Shown here piece after piece: positions 1 through 10,023 of a stretch of 43,614 bases of DNA. The translations under genes were made by a program, and so were the position numbers. Origin of the DNA: an uncultured Clostridium sp. (GTDB lineage Bacteria; Bacillota; Clostridia; TANB77; CAG-508); assembly GCA_947057505.1 (NCBI GenBank), contig CAMSEM010000002.1, positions 1 through 43,614 of the forward strand, given 5' to 3'. A model generated the notes under the pieces. That model was not told the DNA's origin, did not search any database, and was given only the letters and a program-made list of their open reading frames with translations. The number at the start of each line of letters is the position of its first letter. Position 1 is the stretch's first letter.

Positions 1-40
1 TAAGGTTAACACCTTGACCTTTTACCAATTTTACAGACAT
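1..40 (-). CDS. 5' end (13 codons) of a CDS that leaves the window; N-terminus MSVKLVKGQGVNL looks TerD-family-like
   Basis: ATG at 40-38 has an AAGGAGGA Shine-Dalgarno 7 nt upstream. The x-V-x-L-x-KGQ-x-V-x-L start resembles TerD/YceD stress proteins. Too short to be sure. Confidence 0.4.
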   Translation of the reverse strand, partial: MSVKLVKGQGVNL

Positions 41-224
41 AATGCATTCCTCCTTAATGTAATAAATTTGACTGTAGAAATTAAGTAGCTAAGCTATTCT
101 CATTTGCATGAGAATTTGTAACTTCTATTCCATTGTACACAATAGAATAAATAATAATTAAATTACGTATATTATGTTACCACATTTTATAGATAATGTC
201 AATATTTTATGTAGTTTTTAAAAT

Positions 225-272
225 TGTAAAACAAAAGACTACATGGTACATATTTTTCCATATAGTCTTTTA
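225..272 (-). terminator. rho-independent terminator after ORF 279..1385
   Basis: Arms 234-247 and 259-271 (one mismatch) are followed on the minus strand by TTTTGTTTT. Confidence 0.55.
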
Positions 273-278
273 TTTTGT

Positions 279-1385
279 TTAGAAATGCTCCTTTCTAAAC
301 TTTAAATAAGATACAAATTTTAATTTTTCTGGGATATATCTTCTACTTATCCTCGCTGTTAGCAATTTTTCTCCATATATTCCACTTCTTTCTCTTAAAT
401 AGAATTGATATTTTTTACAAATTTCAATTTTTTCACCGTTTTGCTTTGTTTCCCCAGTCAAGCTTAACATCCTGTCTGTTGGAATAACAATTGAAATTAC
501 TGCATGAGCATTTTTAGTAAGAACAATTTGCAAAATTCCCTTTAAATATTGTTCTAAGTCTTCAAACTTCACAACATCAAAGTATAAGTCTTTTCTTTGT
601 TCAAGCTGTTCCCATGAGTTTTCAATAAGGCAAGTTCTTCTCATTCGATTGAGCTGTGCCCTTGTTACACCAGCTACATGTACCCACACTTGATTAATTC
701 TAAATTTAGGTTCAAATTCAAAAGTTAAGTTTTGAATTTGCTCTAATTGTTTAGCATTAAGAACAACATCATTTTCAAATGTATAAACTGATTTTTGAAA
801 TTCTCCAAATTGATACTTCTCTATTCCATCATTTTCTTCTAATAAAACAACATGATAGTTCTTGGGTTGTTCTAGTTCTCCTGGAATATTCCATGCATTT
901 TTGTAGCTCTGCATTCGCTTGAAAATTACTGGTTTTAACTCTGGCTTTGTGTTAATAGCACACAATTTAACAATAATTTCAAAAACTTTAGCTTGTACTT
1001 CTGCTAACTTAACCTTTTCTAGTTCATCATAAAAACTATAAATAGATTTTCTCCAAATAGATTGATACTCTTTTTCGTTTTGTTTTACTAATTTAAGTAT
1101 TTCATCTATTTGTGAAAGAACTACTTGTTCTTGCTTAATTTTTTTATTAATGAATTTTTCTTGATTAGGTGTAAATGCTTTTACTACTAAATCTGATTGC
1201 ATTTTGCAAATATCATTATAGTAGTAACTTTGCAGTTCTGCTATGAAGCTTACAACATCTTGCAGAGTTGCTTGCGCATTTTCTTTTTCTTTGTTTTCTT
1301 CTTTATCTATCCGGTTTTTATTTTCTACTGTAGAACTACTATCCACCAAGCCAAAGAGTCTATCTAAGAAGTTTGATTTAGGCAT
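279..1385 (-). CDS. hypothetical protein, 368 aa, no family recognised
   Basis: Long ORF with an AAAGGAGAT SD before ATG 1385. It sits downstream of sleB but has no N-terminal TM or PepSY features, so it is not YpeB-like. It carries an in-frame CGG at 1313-1311 that does not break the frame. Confidence 0.7.
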   Translation of the reverse strand: MPKSNFLDRLFGLVDSSSTVENKNRIDKEENKEKENAQATLQDVVSFIAELQSYYYNDICKMQSDLVVKAFTPNQEKFINKKIKQEQVVLSQIDEILKLVKQNEKEYQSIWRKSIYSFYDELEKVKLAEVQAKVFEIIVKLCAINTKPELKPVIFKRMQSYKNAWNIPGELEQPKNYHVVLLEENDGIEKYQFGEFQKSVYTFENDVVLNAKQLEQIQNLTFEFEPKFRINQVWVHVAGVTRAQLNRMRRTCLIENSWEQLEQRKDLYFDVVKFEDLEQYLKGILQIVLTKNAHAVISIVIPTDRMLSLTGETKQNGEKIEICKKYQFYLRERSGIYGEKLLTARISRRYIPEKLKFVSYLKFRKEHF

Positions 1386-1521
1386 ATTTGTATCTCCTTT
1401 CTAAAAATGCTAAGTAAGCCTTTTTATTGTATTGGAAAAATCATAGATTTTTCTTATAAATAAGTATATTGCTTTTCCATTTTATCATATTTTACATAAA
1501 AAGTAAAGATTTTGTTGTTTT

Positions 1522-2214
1522 TTACTTACAGAATCTATGTCTGCCAATAGTAACTGTCATTGGTCTTGACCAAATCCACTTATTAGTAGCGGTACTTGGG
1601 TTAAAATAGTATATTGCACCATAGCTTGGATCCCATCCGTTTAAGGCATCTTGTGCTGCTTTTCTTGCAGTATCATTTGGTGTTAAATTAATTTGCCCAT
1701 CTGATACAGCATCAAATGCTCCTGCTTGATATACCACTCCTGAAATGCTATTTGGAAAAGAACTACTTCTTACACGATTTAATACAACTGCTGCTACTGC
1801 TACTTGCCCAGTATAAGGTTCTCCTCTTGCTTCTGAATATACTACTCTAGCTAATAAATTTAAATTATTAGTATTGGTAGAGCTGCTACCACCTGATGAG
1901 CTTGTAGAAGAATTAAAAATCCCCATAGCAGCTAGTGTGTTTTTTCCAGCTATGCCATCTACTGCCAACCCATTTTTAGATTGAAAGTATCTTACTGCTT
2001 TTTGGGTCTGACTTCCATAAATGCCATCTACATTTCCACTATAGTACCCCCATCTTTTTAATTTTGTTTGTATCTGCCTTACTTCTTCGCCTCTTGAACC
2101 ATATTTCGATAATGCTTCTGTTTCATTGTTTCTAAAAAATACATTGTATGAAATAAATAAACTAATTGCTAAAATTAGCATTAATATTGCTTTTGCCTTT
2201 TTATTTTTCAACAT
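1522..2214 (-). CDS. sleB: spore cortex-lytic enzyme SleB (signal anchor + PG-binding domain + SleB hydrolase domain)
   Basis: The translation has a peptidoglycan-binding repeat (GEEVRQIQTKLKRWGYYSGNVDGIYGSQTQKAVRYFQ) and the SleB catalytic region (VVYSEARGEPYTGQVAVAAVVLNRV). Confidence 0.85.
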   Translation of the reverse strand: MLKNKKAKAILMLILAISLFISYNVFFRNNETEALSKYGSRGEEVRQIQTKLKRWGYYSGNVDGIYGSQTQKAVRYFQSKNGLAVDGIAGKNTLAAMGIFNSSTSSSGGSSSTNTNNLNLLARVVYSEARGEPYTGQVAVAAVVLNRVRSSSFPNSISGVVYQAGAFDAVSDGQINLTPNDTARKAAQDALNGWDPSYGAIYYFNPSTATNKWIWSRPMTVTIGRHRFCK

Positions 2215-2302
2215 AAAAAATACACCACTTTCTGATTAACTTTTAAAATTATTTTAACCAATTGTGGTGCATTTATTCAAAATATTACTTTTTAGGGAAT
2301 TT

Positions 2303-3964
2303 TTAAAAAATCCCTACAATATTTCCATCTTCATCTAGGTCTATTTTTTCTGCTGATGGTTCTTTTGGAAGACCTGGCATTGTCATAATTTTTCCTGTTA
2401 GTACTACAATAAATTCTGCTCCTGCTCTTAATACTACATCTTGTACATGAATGTTAAAAGGTTCTTTACATTCTAAGTTTTTAGGGTCATCTGAGAAAGA
2501 ATATTGTGTTTTTGCAATGCAAACTGGTAAGTTACCATATCCTAAGTTTTGTATTTCTTGTATTTTTGTTATAGCTTCTTTGGTAAATTCTACCTCTTCT
2601 GCGCCATATACTTTTGTAGCAACTGCTTTTATTTTTTCTTGTATGGTTTGATTATCTTCATACACAAAACTAAAGTTGTATGGATTTTCTACTAGTTTTA
2701 CAATTTTTTCTGCTAAGTCAGTAGCACCTTCTCCGCCTTTTTCCCAACTTTCTACTAAGCTTAAGTCAATTTCTTTTTCTTGTAATTTTTCTTTTAAGAA
2801 ATCTACTTCTTTTTGTGTATCATGGGTATATTTATTAATTGCTACAATTACATTTAATCCATAACGATTTTTTAGATTATCTACATGTCTTTCTAAGTTT
2901 TCAAATCCTCTTGCTAAATATTCTATGCTTTCCTTCTTAATATCTTCTTTTGGCATTCCACCATGATATTTTAATGCTTTAATTGTTGCTACACAAACTA
3001 CTGCATCTGGTTTTAAACTAGCTTTTCTACATTTGATATCTAAGAATTTTTCTGCTCCTAAATCTGCTCCAAATCCTGCTTCTGTTATCACATAGTCACC
3101 TAATTTTAGAGCAAGTTTTGTTGCTATTACACTATTACATCCATGTGCAATATTGGCAAATGGTCCACCATGCACAACAGCTGGTGTTTGTTCTAAAGTT
3201 TGTACTATATTTGGATTAATAGCATCTTTTAATAATACTGTCATAGCTCCATCTGCTTTTAACTCTTTTGCTGTAATTGGTTTATTTTCTTTTGTATAAC
3301 CAACAATAATATTTCCTAACCTTCTTTTTAAGTCTTTTATATCAGTTGCTAGGCAGAAAATTGCCATAATTTCAGATGCTACTGAAATATCAAACCCATC
3401 CATTCTAGGTACAATATTTTTTTCTTCTGATAAACCAGTTTCTACTTTTCTTAACTGCCTATCATTTAAATCTACACATCTTTTCCAAACCACTCTATCA
3501 AAACCTAATTCGTTACCAAAATAGATGTGGTTATCTATCATACTAGATAATAAGTTATTTGCAGAAGTAATAGCATGTATATCTCCTGTAAAATGTAAAT
3601 TTATATCTTCCATTGGTGCTATTTGGCTATGTCCTCCACCAGTTGCACCACCTTTAATTCCAAAAACAGGTCCTAAAGAAGGCTCTCTTAATGCTAATAC
3701 TGCATTTTTTCCTATTTTTCTTAATCCATCAGCTAGACCTATTGCCATAGTTGTTTTTCCCTCTCCTAATGGAGTAGGGTTAATTGCTGTTACTAGTACT
3801 AATTTTCCATTCTTTTTGTTTTCTAATTTTTTATATACTTCTGGTGAAATTTTCGCTTTGTATTTTCCATATTGTTCTAATTCTTCTTCTGCTACATTTA
3901 CCTTTTGTGCTATTTTGGTAATCGGTTCTAATTTTGCATTTCTTGCAATTTCAATATCTTCCAT
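2303..3964 (-). CDS. fhs: formate--tetrahydrofolate ligase
   Basis: 553 aa with TPLGEGKTT P-loop and EPSLGPVFGIKGGATGGG motifs. Confidence 0.95.
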   Translation of the reverse strand: MEDIEIARNAKLEPITKIAQKVNVAEEELEQYGKYKAKISPEVYKKLENKKNGKLVLVTAINPTPLGEGKTTMAIGLADGLRKIGKNAVLALREPSLGPVFGIKGGATGGGHSQIAPMEDINLHFTGDIHAITSANNLLSSMIDNHIYFGNELGFDRVVWKRCVDLNDRQLRKVETGLSEEKNIVPRMDGFDISVASEIMAIFCLATDIKDLKRRLGNIIVGYTKENKPITAKELKADGAMTVLLKDAINPNIVQTLEQTPAVVHGGPFANIAHGCNSVIATKLALKLGDYVITEAGFGADLGAEKFLDIKCRKASLKPDAVVCVATIKALKYHGGMPKEDIKKESIEYLARGFENLERHVDNLKNRYGLNVIVAINKYTHDTQKEVDFLKEKLQEKEIDLSLVESWEKGGEGATDLAEKIVKLVENPYNFSFVYEDNQTIQEKIKAVATKVYGAEEVEFTKEAITKIQEIQNLGYGNLPVCIAKTQYSFSDDPKNLECKEPFNIHVQDVVLRAGAEFIVVLTGKIMTMPGLPKEPSAEKIDLDEDGNIVGIF

Positions 3965-4030
3965 ACGAGTACCTCCTTTTATATTTCTAATGATAGACGA
4001 TATATATATTGTCTATCAAAATTAAATAAA

Positions 4031-4477
4031 CTACACTATAATTCCTACTACTAGCCCGATAAACGCTCCTACAAAAACTTGTACTGGAGTATGCCCTAGT
4101 ACTTCTACTAGTTTTTCTGAAACTTGTAATCCTGTAAGTCCTGGTGTTTCTATAATTTTATTTAGTAATTTTGCTTGTTTTCCAGCTGCTCTTCTAACAC
4201 CTGTTGCATCATACATAACAACAAAAGCAAAAATTAAAGCCACACCAAATAAAGGTGAGTTAATTCCTTCTGATTTAGCTACCATTGTTGCTAGAGATAC
4301 TACAACTGCTGAATGTGAGCTTGGCATTCCACCTGCTTGTAATATTCTTTTAAAATTAAATTTTTTAGTTACAATTAAATCGTAAATTAATTTAAATAGT
4401 TGTATTCCAAACCATACTAAAAATGGAATAACTATATATTTATATTCCTGTATAAACTCCATAATCCCCTGTATCAT
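4031..4477 (-). CDS. divergent PAP2 family membrane protein (DUF212, YuiD-like)
   Basis: GGMPSSHSA motif and multiple TM segments. Confidence 0.8.
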   Translation of the reverse strand: MIQGIMEFIQEYKYIVIPFLVWFGIQLFKLIYDLIVTKKFNFKRILQAGGMPSSHSAVVVSLATMVAKSEGINSPLFGVALIFAFVVMYDATGVRRAAGKQAKLLNKIIETPGLTGLQVSEKLVEVLGHTPVQVFVGAFIGLVVGIIV

Positions 4478-4483
4478 TTTCTT

Positions 4484-4723
4484 TTATTCCTCTTCCTGTA
4501 TAAAATTTTCTTCTTTTATAGAATTATCATTCTCTTTTAATAAAATGGTAATTCTTTTTTCTGCATTTTCTAAAAAGCTATTACATTCTTGTGATAATCT
4601 CACACCTTCTTCAAATTTGCTAACAGATGCTTCTAAGTCTAGTTCTCCCTTTTCTAGCTCTTTTGCAATTTCTTCTAATTTTTTTACTGTTTCTTCAAAG
4701 TTCAATTTTGTTTCTTTTGCCAT
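4484..4723 (-). CDS. xseB: exodeoxyribonuclease VII small subunit
   Basis: 79 aa with the FEETVKKLEEIAKELEKGELDLEASV motif; lies adjacent to xseA. Confidence 0.9.
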   Translation of the reverse strand: MAKETKLNFEETVKKLEEIAKELEKGELDLEASVSKFEEGVRLSQECNSFLENAEKRITILLKENDNSIKEENFIQEEE

Positions 4724-4797
4724 TTTTGCTAATAGATGTTAGCTTTTGCTATCATCTTCTCCTTTCTATAAAATGCTAAAACTTATTTCTATTAATC

Positions 4798-5313
4798 TTA
4801 TCTTTCTTTTACTGTTTCTTTATCTACATCGACAATATAAAATTGTATTGATTGTGTTGTAGTTACATCATATACTGTTACGCCATATTTTCCATCACTT
4901 TGAATACTAACATTAAAAGCTACATCTTCTATGTTTCCCCATTCTTTTTTCCAGTATTCTTTTACTAAATTAATTGCTTTACTCTCTTTTGGTGTCATAC
5001 GATTGTCGTCTTCTAATGAATCGTCTTCATTATCTTTTTTATTGTTATCCTCTGGGTTACTATTTGGTTCTTTATTTTCATTTTTATTAGTATTTTGTTC
5101 TTTATTTTGTTCTACTGTTGTATTTTCTTCTTCATTTAAAATTTGATTTAGCATATTTTCTAAGCCTGTATTAGCATCTGGAATATTATTGCCTAACTGT
5201 GTATTTGCATTCATTGGTTCTGTTTTAAAATGTGTATAAACAGCAAATAAAATAGCAAATATTAATAAAATAATGACAATAACAGCAATTGTATTTCTTA
5301 CTCTTTTATTCAT
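4798..5313 (-). CDS. hypothetical membrane-anchored protein (N-terminal TM, N/E/K-rich linker, small C-terminal domain)
   Basis: ORF with an N-terminal TM helix and a low-complexity linker; no family recognised. Confidence 0.6.
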   Translation of the reverse strand: MNKRVRNTIAVIVIILLIFAILFAVYTHFKTEPMNANTQLGNNIPDANTGLENMLNQILNEEENTTVEQNKEQNTNKNENKEPNSNPEDNNKKDNEDDSLEDDNRMTPKESKAINLVKEYWKKEWGNIEDVAFNVSIQSDGKYGVTVYDVTTTQSIQFYIVDVDKETVKER

Positions 5314-5343
5314 ATAAACCTCTTCTTTCTAGTAGCTTTATTA

Positions 5344-6534
5344 CTATAAAACTTTTGCTTTTATTTGACCATCTTGCATGCGTATTTTTATTTCTTCTCC
5401 TGGCTTTACTTTCTTTACACTACTAATTACTTTTTCTTCTGCTGAAACAATACAATATCCTCTTGTTAATGTTTTTAGTGGACTTAGTGCATCTAGTTTT
5501 AGTATTACATTTTGTGCTTTTGCTTTTTCTTTCTGCACTTTTTGTTTTATATAATGCTCCATATTTTTAGTCTTAGTATCTATCATTAAATATTGCTCAC
5601 ATATTTTTTGTAGAGGATTAGTAAATGCTCTACTTGCCATGCATTTCTCATATTGTAGTCTCATAATTTGTGTTTTTCTAAGTAATGCTTGCCTAAATCG
5701 GTTTTGATATGTGGTTAGACCACTTTTTATAGTTTCTACATCAGCAACTGCAAGTTCTGCTGCAGCTGACGGTGTGGGAGCTCTTAAGTCTGCCACAAAG
5801 TCTGCTATAGTAAAATCTGTTTCATGACCTACTGCTGATATAACAGGTATATTACTGTCAAAAATAGCTCTTGCAACGACTTCTTCATTAAATGGCCATA
5901 GGTCTTCTAATGCCCCCCCTCCTCTTGCAACAATAAGTACATCTGCTAAATTGTTTTGGTTCATAAAATGGATTCCTTCTGCAATTTTAGCAGCAGCTCC
6001 TTCCCCTTGTACTGGAACTGGTAACAATCGAATATGTACATTTGGGTTTCTTCTACTAGATACATTAATAATATCTCGAATAACTGCTCCTGTGTTAGAA
6101 GTTAATACTCCTACTGTTTGTGACATAAGTGGAATTGGCTTTTTATACTTACTATCAAATAAACCTTCTTTTTCTAACTTTGCTTTTAATTTTTCATATG
6201 CTGCTCTTAAGTCTCCTATTTTTCCTAATTGCTTCATTGCTTTTGCATAAAGCTGATAGGTACCATCTCTTTCAAAAACAGATACACTTCCTAAAATCAT
6301 TACTTTCATTCCATCTTGTGGTACAAAGTCTAAATGTGAAGTATATGTCTTAAACATAATACTTTTGATTAAAGATTTTTCATCTTTTAGTGTAAAATAG
6401 ATATGACCTGTATAATGGTGTTTACAATTAGAAATTTCACCTTCTACTAAAATATTTGCAAAATACTCATCTTCTTCAAATTTTGCTTTAATATATTGAT
6501 TTAGTTGACTTACACTAATTGGGTTGTAGCTCAT
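5344..6534 (-). CDS. xseA: exodeoxyribonuclease VII large subunit
   Basis: 396 aa with an OB-fold N-terminus and a GHETDFTIADFVADLRAPTPSAAAE motif. Confidence 0.95.
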   Translation of the reverse strand: MSYNPISVSQLNQYIKAKFEEDEYFANILVEGEISNCKHHYTGHIYFTLKDEKSLIKSIMFKTYTSHLDFVPQDGMKVMILGSVSVFERDGTYQLYAKAMKQLGKIGDLRAAYEKLKAKLEKEGLFDSKYKKPIPLMSQTVGVLTSNTGAVIRDIINVSSRRNPNVHIRLLPVPVQGEGAAAKIAEGIHFMNQNNLADVLIVARGGGALEDLWPFNEEVVARAIFDSNIPVISAVGHETDFTIADFVADLRAPTPSAAAELAVADVETIKSGLTTYQNRFRQALLRKTQIMRLQYEKCMASRAFTNPLQKICEQYLMIDTKTKNMEHYIKQKVQKEKAKAQNVILKLDALSPLKTLTRGYCIVSAEEKVISSVKKVKPGEEIKIRMQDGQIKAKVL

Positions 6535-6536
6535 TT

Positions 6537-6965
6537 TTACTCCTCACTAGTTATTCCTGATTGTTTAATAATATTTGCCAGTATTCCATTAATAAAGTTG
6601 GCAGAGTTGTCATCTCCATATTTCTTAGCAAGCTCCACTACTTCATTTACTACTACTTTATATGGAAGTTTATTAAAAATAATTTCATAAATAGCTAATT
6701 TTAATAAGGCAAGGTTAACTTTAGAAACTCTACTAATGTCCCATTTTTCTTTTAAATTTTGAGAAATCAGCTGCAAAATTTCTTCTTCTTTACTATATAT
6801 TCCTTCTACAATATCTAATATGTAATTTTGGGCTTTTTCATGTGTAATTTCTTGTTCTTGCAAAAATAATCTAATTTGTTCAGCTAATTCTTCTTTAGCT
6901 ATCTTTTGAATTTCTAAACTATATAGTAATTCAAATGCAAATTGCCTAGTTTGTGTTCTTGTCAT
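6537..6965 (-). CDS. nusB: transcription antitermination factor NusB
   Basis: 142 aa with a typical NusB N-terminus (RTQTRQFAFELLYS) and synteny with xseA. Confidence 0.9.
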   Translation of the reverse strand: MTRTQTRQFAFELLYSLEIQKIAKEELAEQIRLFLQEQEITHEKAQNYILDIVEGIYSKEEEILQLISQNLKEKWDISRVSKVNLALLKLAIYEIIFNKLPYKVVVNEVVELAKKYGDDNSANFINGILANIIKQSGITSEE

Positions 6966-6981
6966 GTTTGTTACTCCTCTT

Positions 6982-7206
6982 TTATAATTTATCTATAAAA
7001 TTCTTTGTTTTTTCTTTTACACTTTCTTTATTGCGTTGAATATAATTCCCTAAATAGATACAGAAAATAATCAAAGCAATACCAATGATAAATTTATATA
7101 AGCTTGTACATAATAGGATAATTGCTAGAACTAATCCTATAGCAAAACCAATAATAGCTCCCCCGTATTTATCACAAAACACCTTAAAATTATCCATTGT
7201 TTTCAT
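6982..7206 (-). CDS. small integral membrane protein (DUF2273)
   Basis: 74 aa with two TM helices; sits in an asp23-amaP-DUF2273 neighbourhood. Confidence 0.75.
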   Translation of the reverse strand: MKTMDNFKVFCDKYGGAIIGFAIGLVLAIILLCTSLYKFIIGIALIIFCIYLGNYIQRNKESVKEKTKNFIDKL

Positions 7207-7234
7207 TCCTTTCTTTTTGGTATAACCTTTTTTG

Positions 7235-7793
7235 CTACTCTTGTACTATATTTTGCATAGGTTCAATATCTTTTACTTTTATATTAACTTCTTTTACTTC
7301 TAAATCTGATGTCTTTTTAATTGTTGTTTTAATTTTATTTTGTAAGTTAGTAGACAATTCTTTAATAATAGCATTTTCTTTTACACTTAAATTAATAAAT
7401 ACTCTCACATTGTTTTCTTTATCTAATTCAATTCTTGTTGTTACATTTTCTGCACTTTCAAATCCTTTTACTACACTGTTAACTAAGTTTTCTAGTGTAT
7501 CTTTGGTAATTAGCAATTTTCCATTTGAGTTTTCTAATAATATTCCATTTTTGTAATCCATTTCTTGTTTGTTGTTTGAGTCAAAGAATATGCATTTAAT
7601 AGCAAGTAGAATAAATAACACACTTAAAGCTAATAATATATTAGAACATACTTCACTTTTAATAGCTCCGTATTACAATTTTGTGTACAAATTCTACATC
7701 TAACCAACCAAAAATCATAAAGCATACAATAATAGAGCTAAGTAAAACAAGTGTTGAAAAAAGTGCTAGTCCTATTTTATCTAAAAGTTTCAT
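7235..7793 (-). CDS. amaP: alkaline-shock-response membrane anchor AmaP-like protein, interrupted
   Basis: The N-terminal ORF 7659..7793 (MKLLDKIGLALFSTLVLLSSIIVCFMIFGW..) is TM1. ORF 7235..7621, extended up to 7669 in its own frame, supplies TM2 and the soluble part. The two frames meet at in-frame CGG 7670-7668, and skipping the C gives ..HKIVI-G-AIKSEV.. Confidence 0.65.
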
Positions 7794-7867
7794 GTTTTTT
7801 CTTACCTTTCTTGTTTTCTATTTTTATTTTAAAATTGCATTTTTTCTAAAATACAATTTTCTAAAAC

Positions 7868-7909
7868 TTTAAAAAATAGGCACGGCAACTATTATCTTTT
7901 CCGTGCCTA
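7868..7909 (-). terminator. rho-independent terminator after asp23
   Basis: Arms TAGGCACGG (7877-7885) and CCGTGCCTA (7901-7909), followed on the minus strand by TTTTTT. Confidence 0.7.
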
Positions 7910-7918
7910 ATAATTTTA

Positions 7919-8356
7919 TTAATTTTCTGTTTCTGTTTTATTAGTTGTTTCTAAACTTTCTGTGCTAACGCCTTGAATATGAACATTTATTTCTACTACT
8001 TTTAATCCTGTCATATTTTCAACAGCATTTTTTACTTTGTTTTGAATTTCAAAAGCCACATCAGGAATTCTTGTACCATATTCTACAATAATATTAACAT
8101 CTATTTTAGTTTCTTTTTCTCCTGATTCTACTTTAATACCTTTTGATAGATTTTTCTTTCCACTAAGTACTTCAGAAATTCCACCAGCAAAACCACCAGA
8201 CATTTCTGCTACTCCTGGCACTTCAGACACTGCAACACCAGCTATTACTGCTATTACATCATCAGCTATTTTTATATTAGCATTGCTTTCTAATGCAACT
8301 TCTCCTTGATTTTCTACTATTTGTTCCATTTCTTTTATTTCTTTATTTTCTTCCAT
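7919..8356 (-). CDS. Asp23/Gls24 family envelope stress protein
   Basis: IADDVIAVIAGVAVSEVPGVAEM motif; 145 aa. Confidence 0.9.
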   Translation of the reverse strand: MEENKEIKEMEQIVENQGEVALESNANIKIADDVIAVIAGVAVSEVPGVAEMSGGFAGGISEVLSGKKNLSKGIKVESGEKETKIDVNIIVEYGTRIPDVAFEIQNKVKNAVENMTGLKVVEINVHIQGVSTESLETTNKTETEN

Positions 8357-8457
8357 AAAGAACCCTCCTTTTTCTTACGAAATTTATACAATAAGTATAT
8401 CAATACTCTAAAAATTTTACAACTGTTTTTTATGAATTTTAGCAAGAAATCCTATAA

Positions 8458-9444
8458 TCATTCTAGCACACTTCCTGCTTGAACCTTGTTACCACGTAAA
8501 AAATCATTTGTACTCATTCTTTTTGCATTCTCTGCTTGAATTTCTAGAACCTGAACTATACCTTCTTTTGCTTTAATAAACATTCCTTTTTTATCATCTG
8601 CAAGTAAAATAGTTCCTTCCATGATATCTTGTAGTTTATACTCGTATTCTTTCATTTCTTGGTAAACTTCTAAAAATTGTTGATTAGTATAGTTTTGTAC
8701 TTTCCAAATTTTAAATTTTTTATCTTCTAAAAATGTATAAGCTCCCATAATTGGGTTTAATCCTCTTACTAGATTTTTAATTTCTAATGCTGTTTTATTC
8801 TCCCAGTCTATTTTTGCCATTTCTTTTTCTAGCATTGGGGCTAGGGTAAATTCTTCTCCTTGTTTTTCTCTTGGTGCTTTATTTTCTTCTATTAGTCTAA
8901 GTGTTTCTACTAATAGTTCTCCCCCTACTTTACTTAGTTTTTTCCATAGTTCTCCTGTTGTTTCATCTTTTCCAATACTAACTTCTTGTTTTAGAATCAT
9001 GTCTCCTGTATCCATTCCAGCATCCATATACATAGTAGTAATTCCAGTTATATTTTCTCCATTTAGCACAGCCCATTGAATTGGCGCTGCTCCTCTGTAT
9101 TTAGGAAGTAATGAGCCATGTACATTAATACATCCAAGCTTTGGAATATCTAACAGTTCTTGTGGTAAAATTTTTCCATAAGCCACCACACAAATTACAT
9201 CTGGTTTTAAGCTTTTTATTTCTTCTATCAATTCTACATTATTTCTTACTTTTTGTGGTTGATAAATAGTATATCCTTTTTCTTCTGCATATTCTTTTAC
9301 AGGTGATGAAATCATCTTCATTCCTCTACCTTTTGGCTTGTCTGGATTTGTTACTACAGCTAAAATATTATGTCCTGCATTATTAAGGCTTTCTAATGAT
9401 TCTTTTGCAAAATCTGGTGTTCCCATAAATATAATATTAAGCAT
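8458..9444 (-). CDS. fmt: methionyl-tRNA formyltransferase
   Basis: HGSLLPKYRGAAPIQWAVLNGE motif; def-fmt synteny. Confidence 0.95.
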   Translation of the reverse strand: MLNIIFMGTPDFAKESLESLNNAGHNILAVVTNPDKPKGRGMKMISSPVKEYAEEKGYTIYQPQKVRNNVELIEEIKSLKPDVICVVAYGKILPQELLDIPKLGCINVHGSLLPKYRGAAPIQWAVLNGENITGITTMYMDAGMDTGDMILKQEVSIGKDETTGELWKKLSKVGGELLVETLRLIEENKAPREKQGEEFTLAPMLEKEMAKIDWENKTALEIKNLVRGLNPIMGAYTFLEDKKFKIWKVQNYTNQQFLEVYQEMKEYEYKLQDIMEGTILLADDKKGMFIKAKEGIVQVLEIQAENAKRMSTNDFLRGNKVQAGSVLE

Positions 9445-9514
9445 ATCTTCCTCCTTGCAATTTATTTTATAAAGAATTTTATTATTTATAATTTTTTAGT
9501 TTTCTTATTATTTG

Positions 9515-9994
9515 TTATTGTTTTTCTGGTTTTACATATTCTAATGTTCCTGGAATAATTTTATCTACAAATAGAATACCATCTAAGTGATCTAACTCAT
9601 GTGAAATAGCTTGTGCTAGTAAGCCTTCTCCTTTTATTTTTATTTTTTTGCCATTTTCATCTAATGCTTCTATTGTTACTTCTGCTGGTCTTACAATTTT
9701 GGCAAATTGATTTGGAAAACTTAGGCATCCTTCTTCTACTTCTTGTTCTCCTTTTTGTTTTATTATTCGTGGATTTACCAGCTTAATTGTCCCTTTTTCA
9801 TCATATAAGTCAATTACTACTAATCTTTTTAAAATCCCAATTTGTGGCCCTGCTAATCCCACTCCATTGTAGCTATGCAAGGTTTCAACCATGTCTTCTA
9901 AAATTTCTCTTATTTTATCATTTACTTCTTCTACTTCTCTTGACTTTTTTCTTAGAATTTCATCTCCATCTTCTCTTACTATTCTAATTGCCAT
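9515..9994 (-). CDS. def: peptide deformylase
   Basis: EGCLSFP and HELDHLDG motifs. The start is placed at MAIRIVRE (9994) rather than the track start 10033, which would overlap the priA end. Confidence 0.9.
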   Translation of the reverse strand: MAIRIVREDGDEILRKKSREVEEVNDKIREILEDMVETLHSYNGVGLAGPQIGILKRLVVIDLYDEKGTIKLVNPRIIKQKGEQEVEEGCLSFPNQFAKIVRPAEVTIEALDENGKKIKIKGEGLLAQAISHELDHLDGILFVDKIIPGTLEYVKPEKQ

Positions 9995-10023
9995 TTTTTT
10001 GCCCCCCATTTTTATTACTTTTA

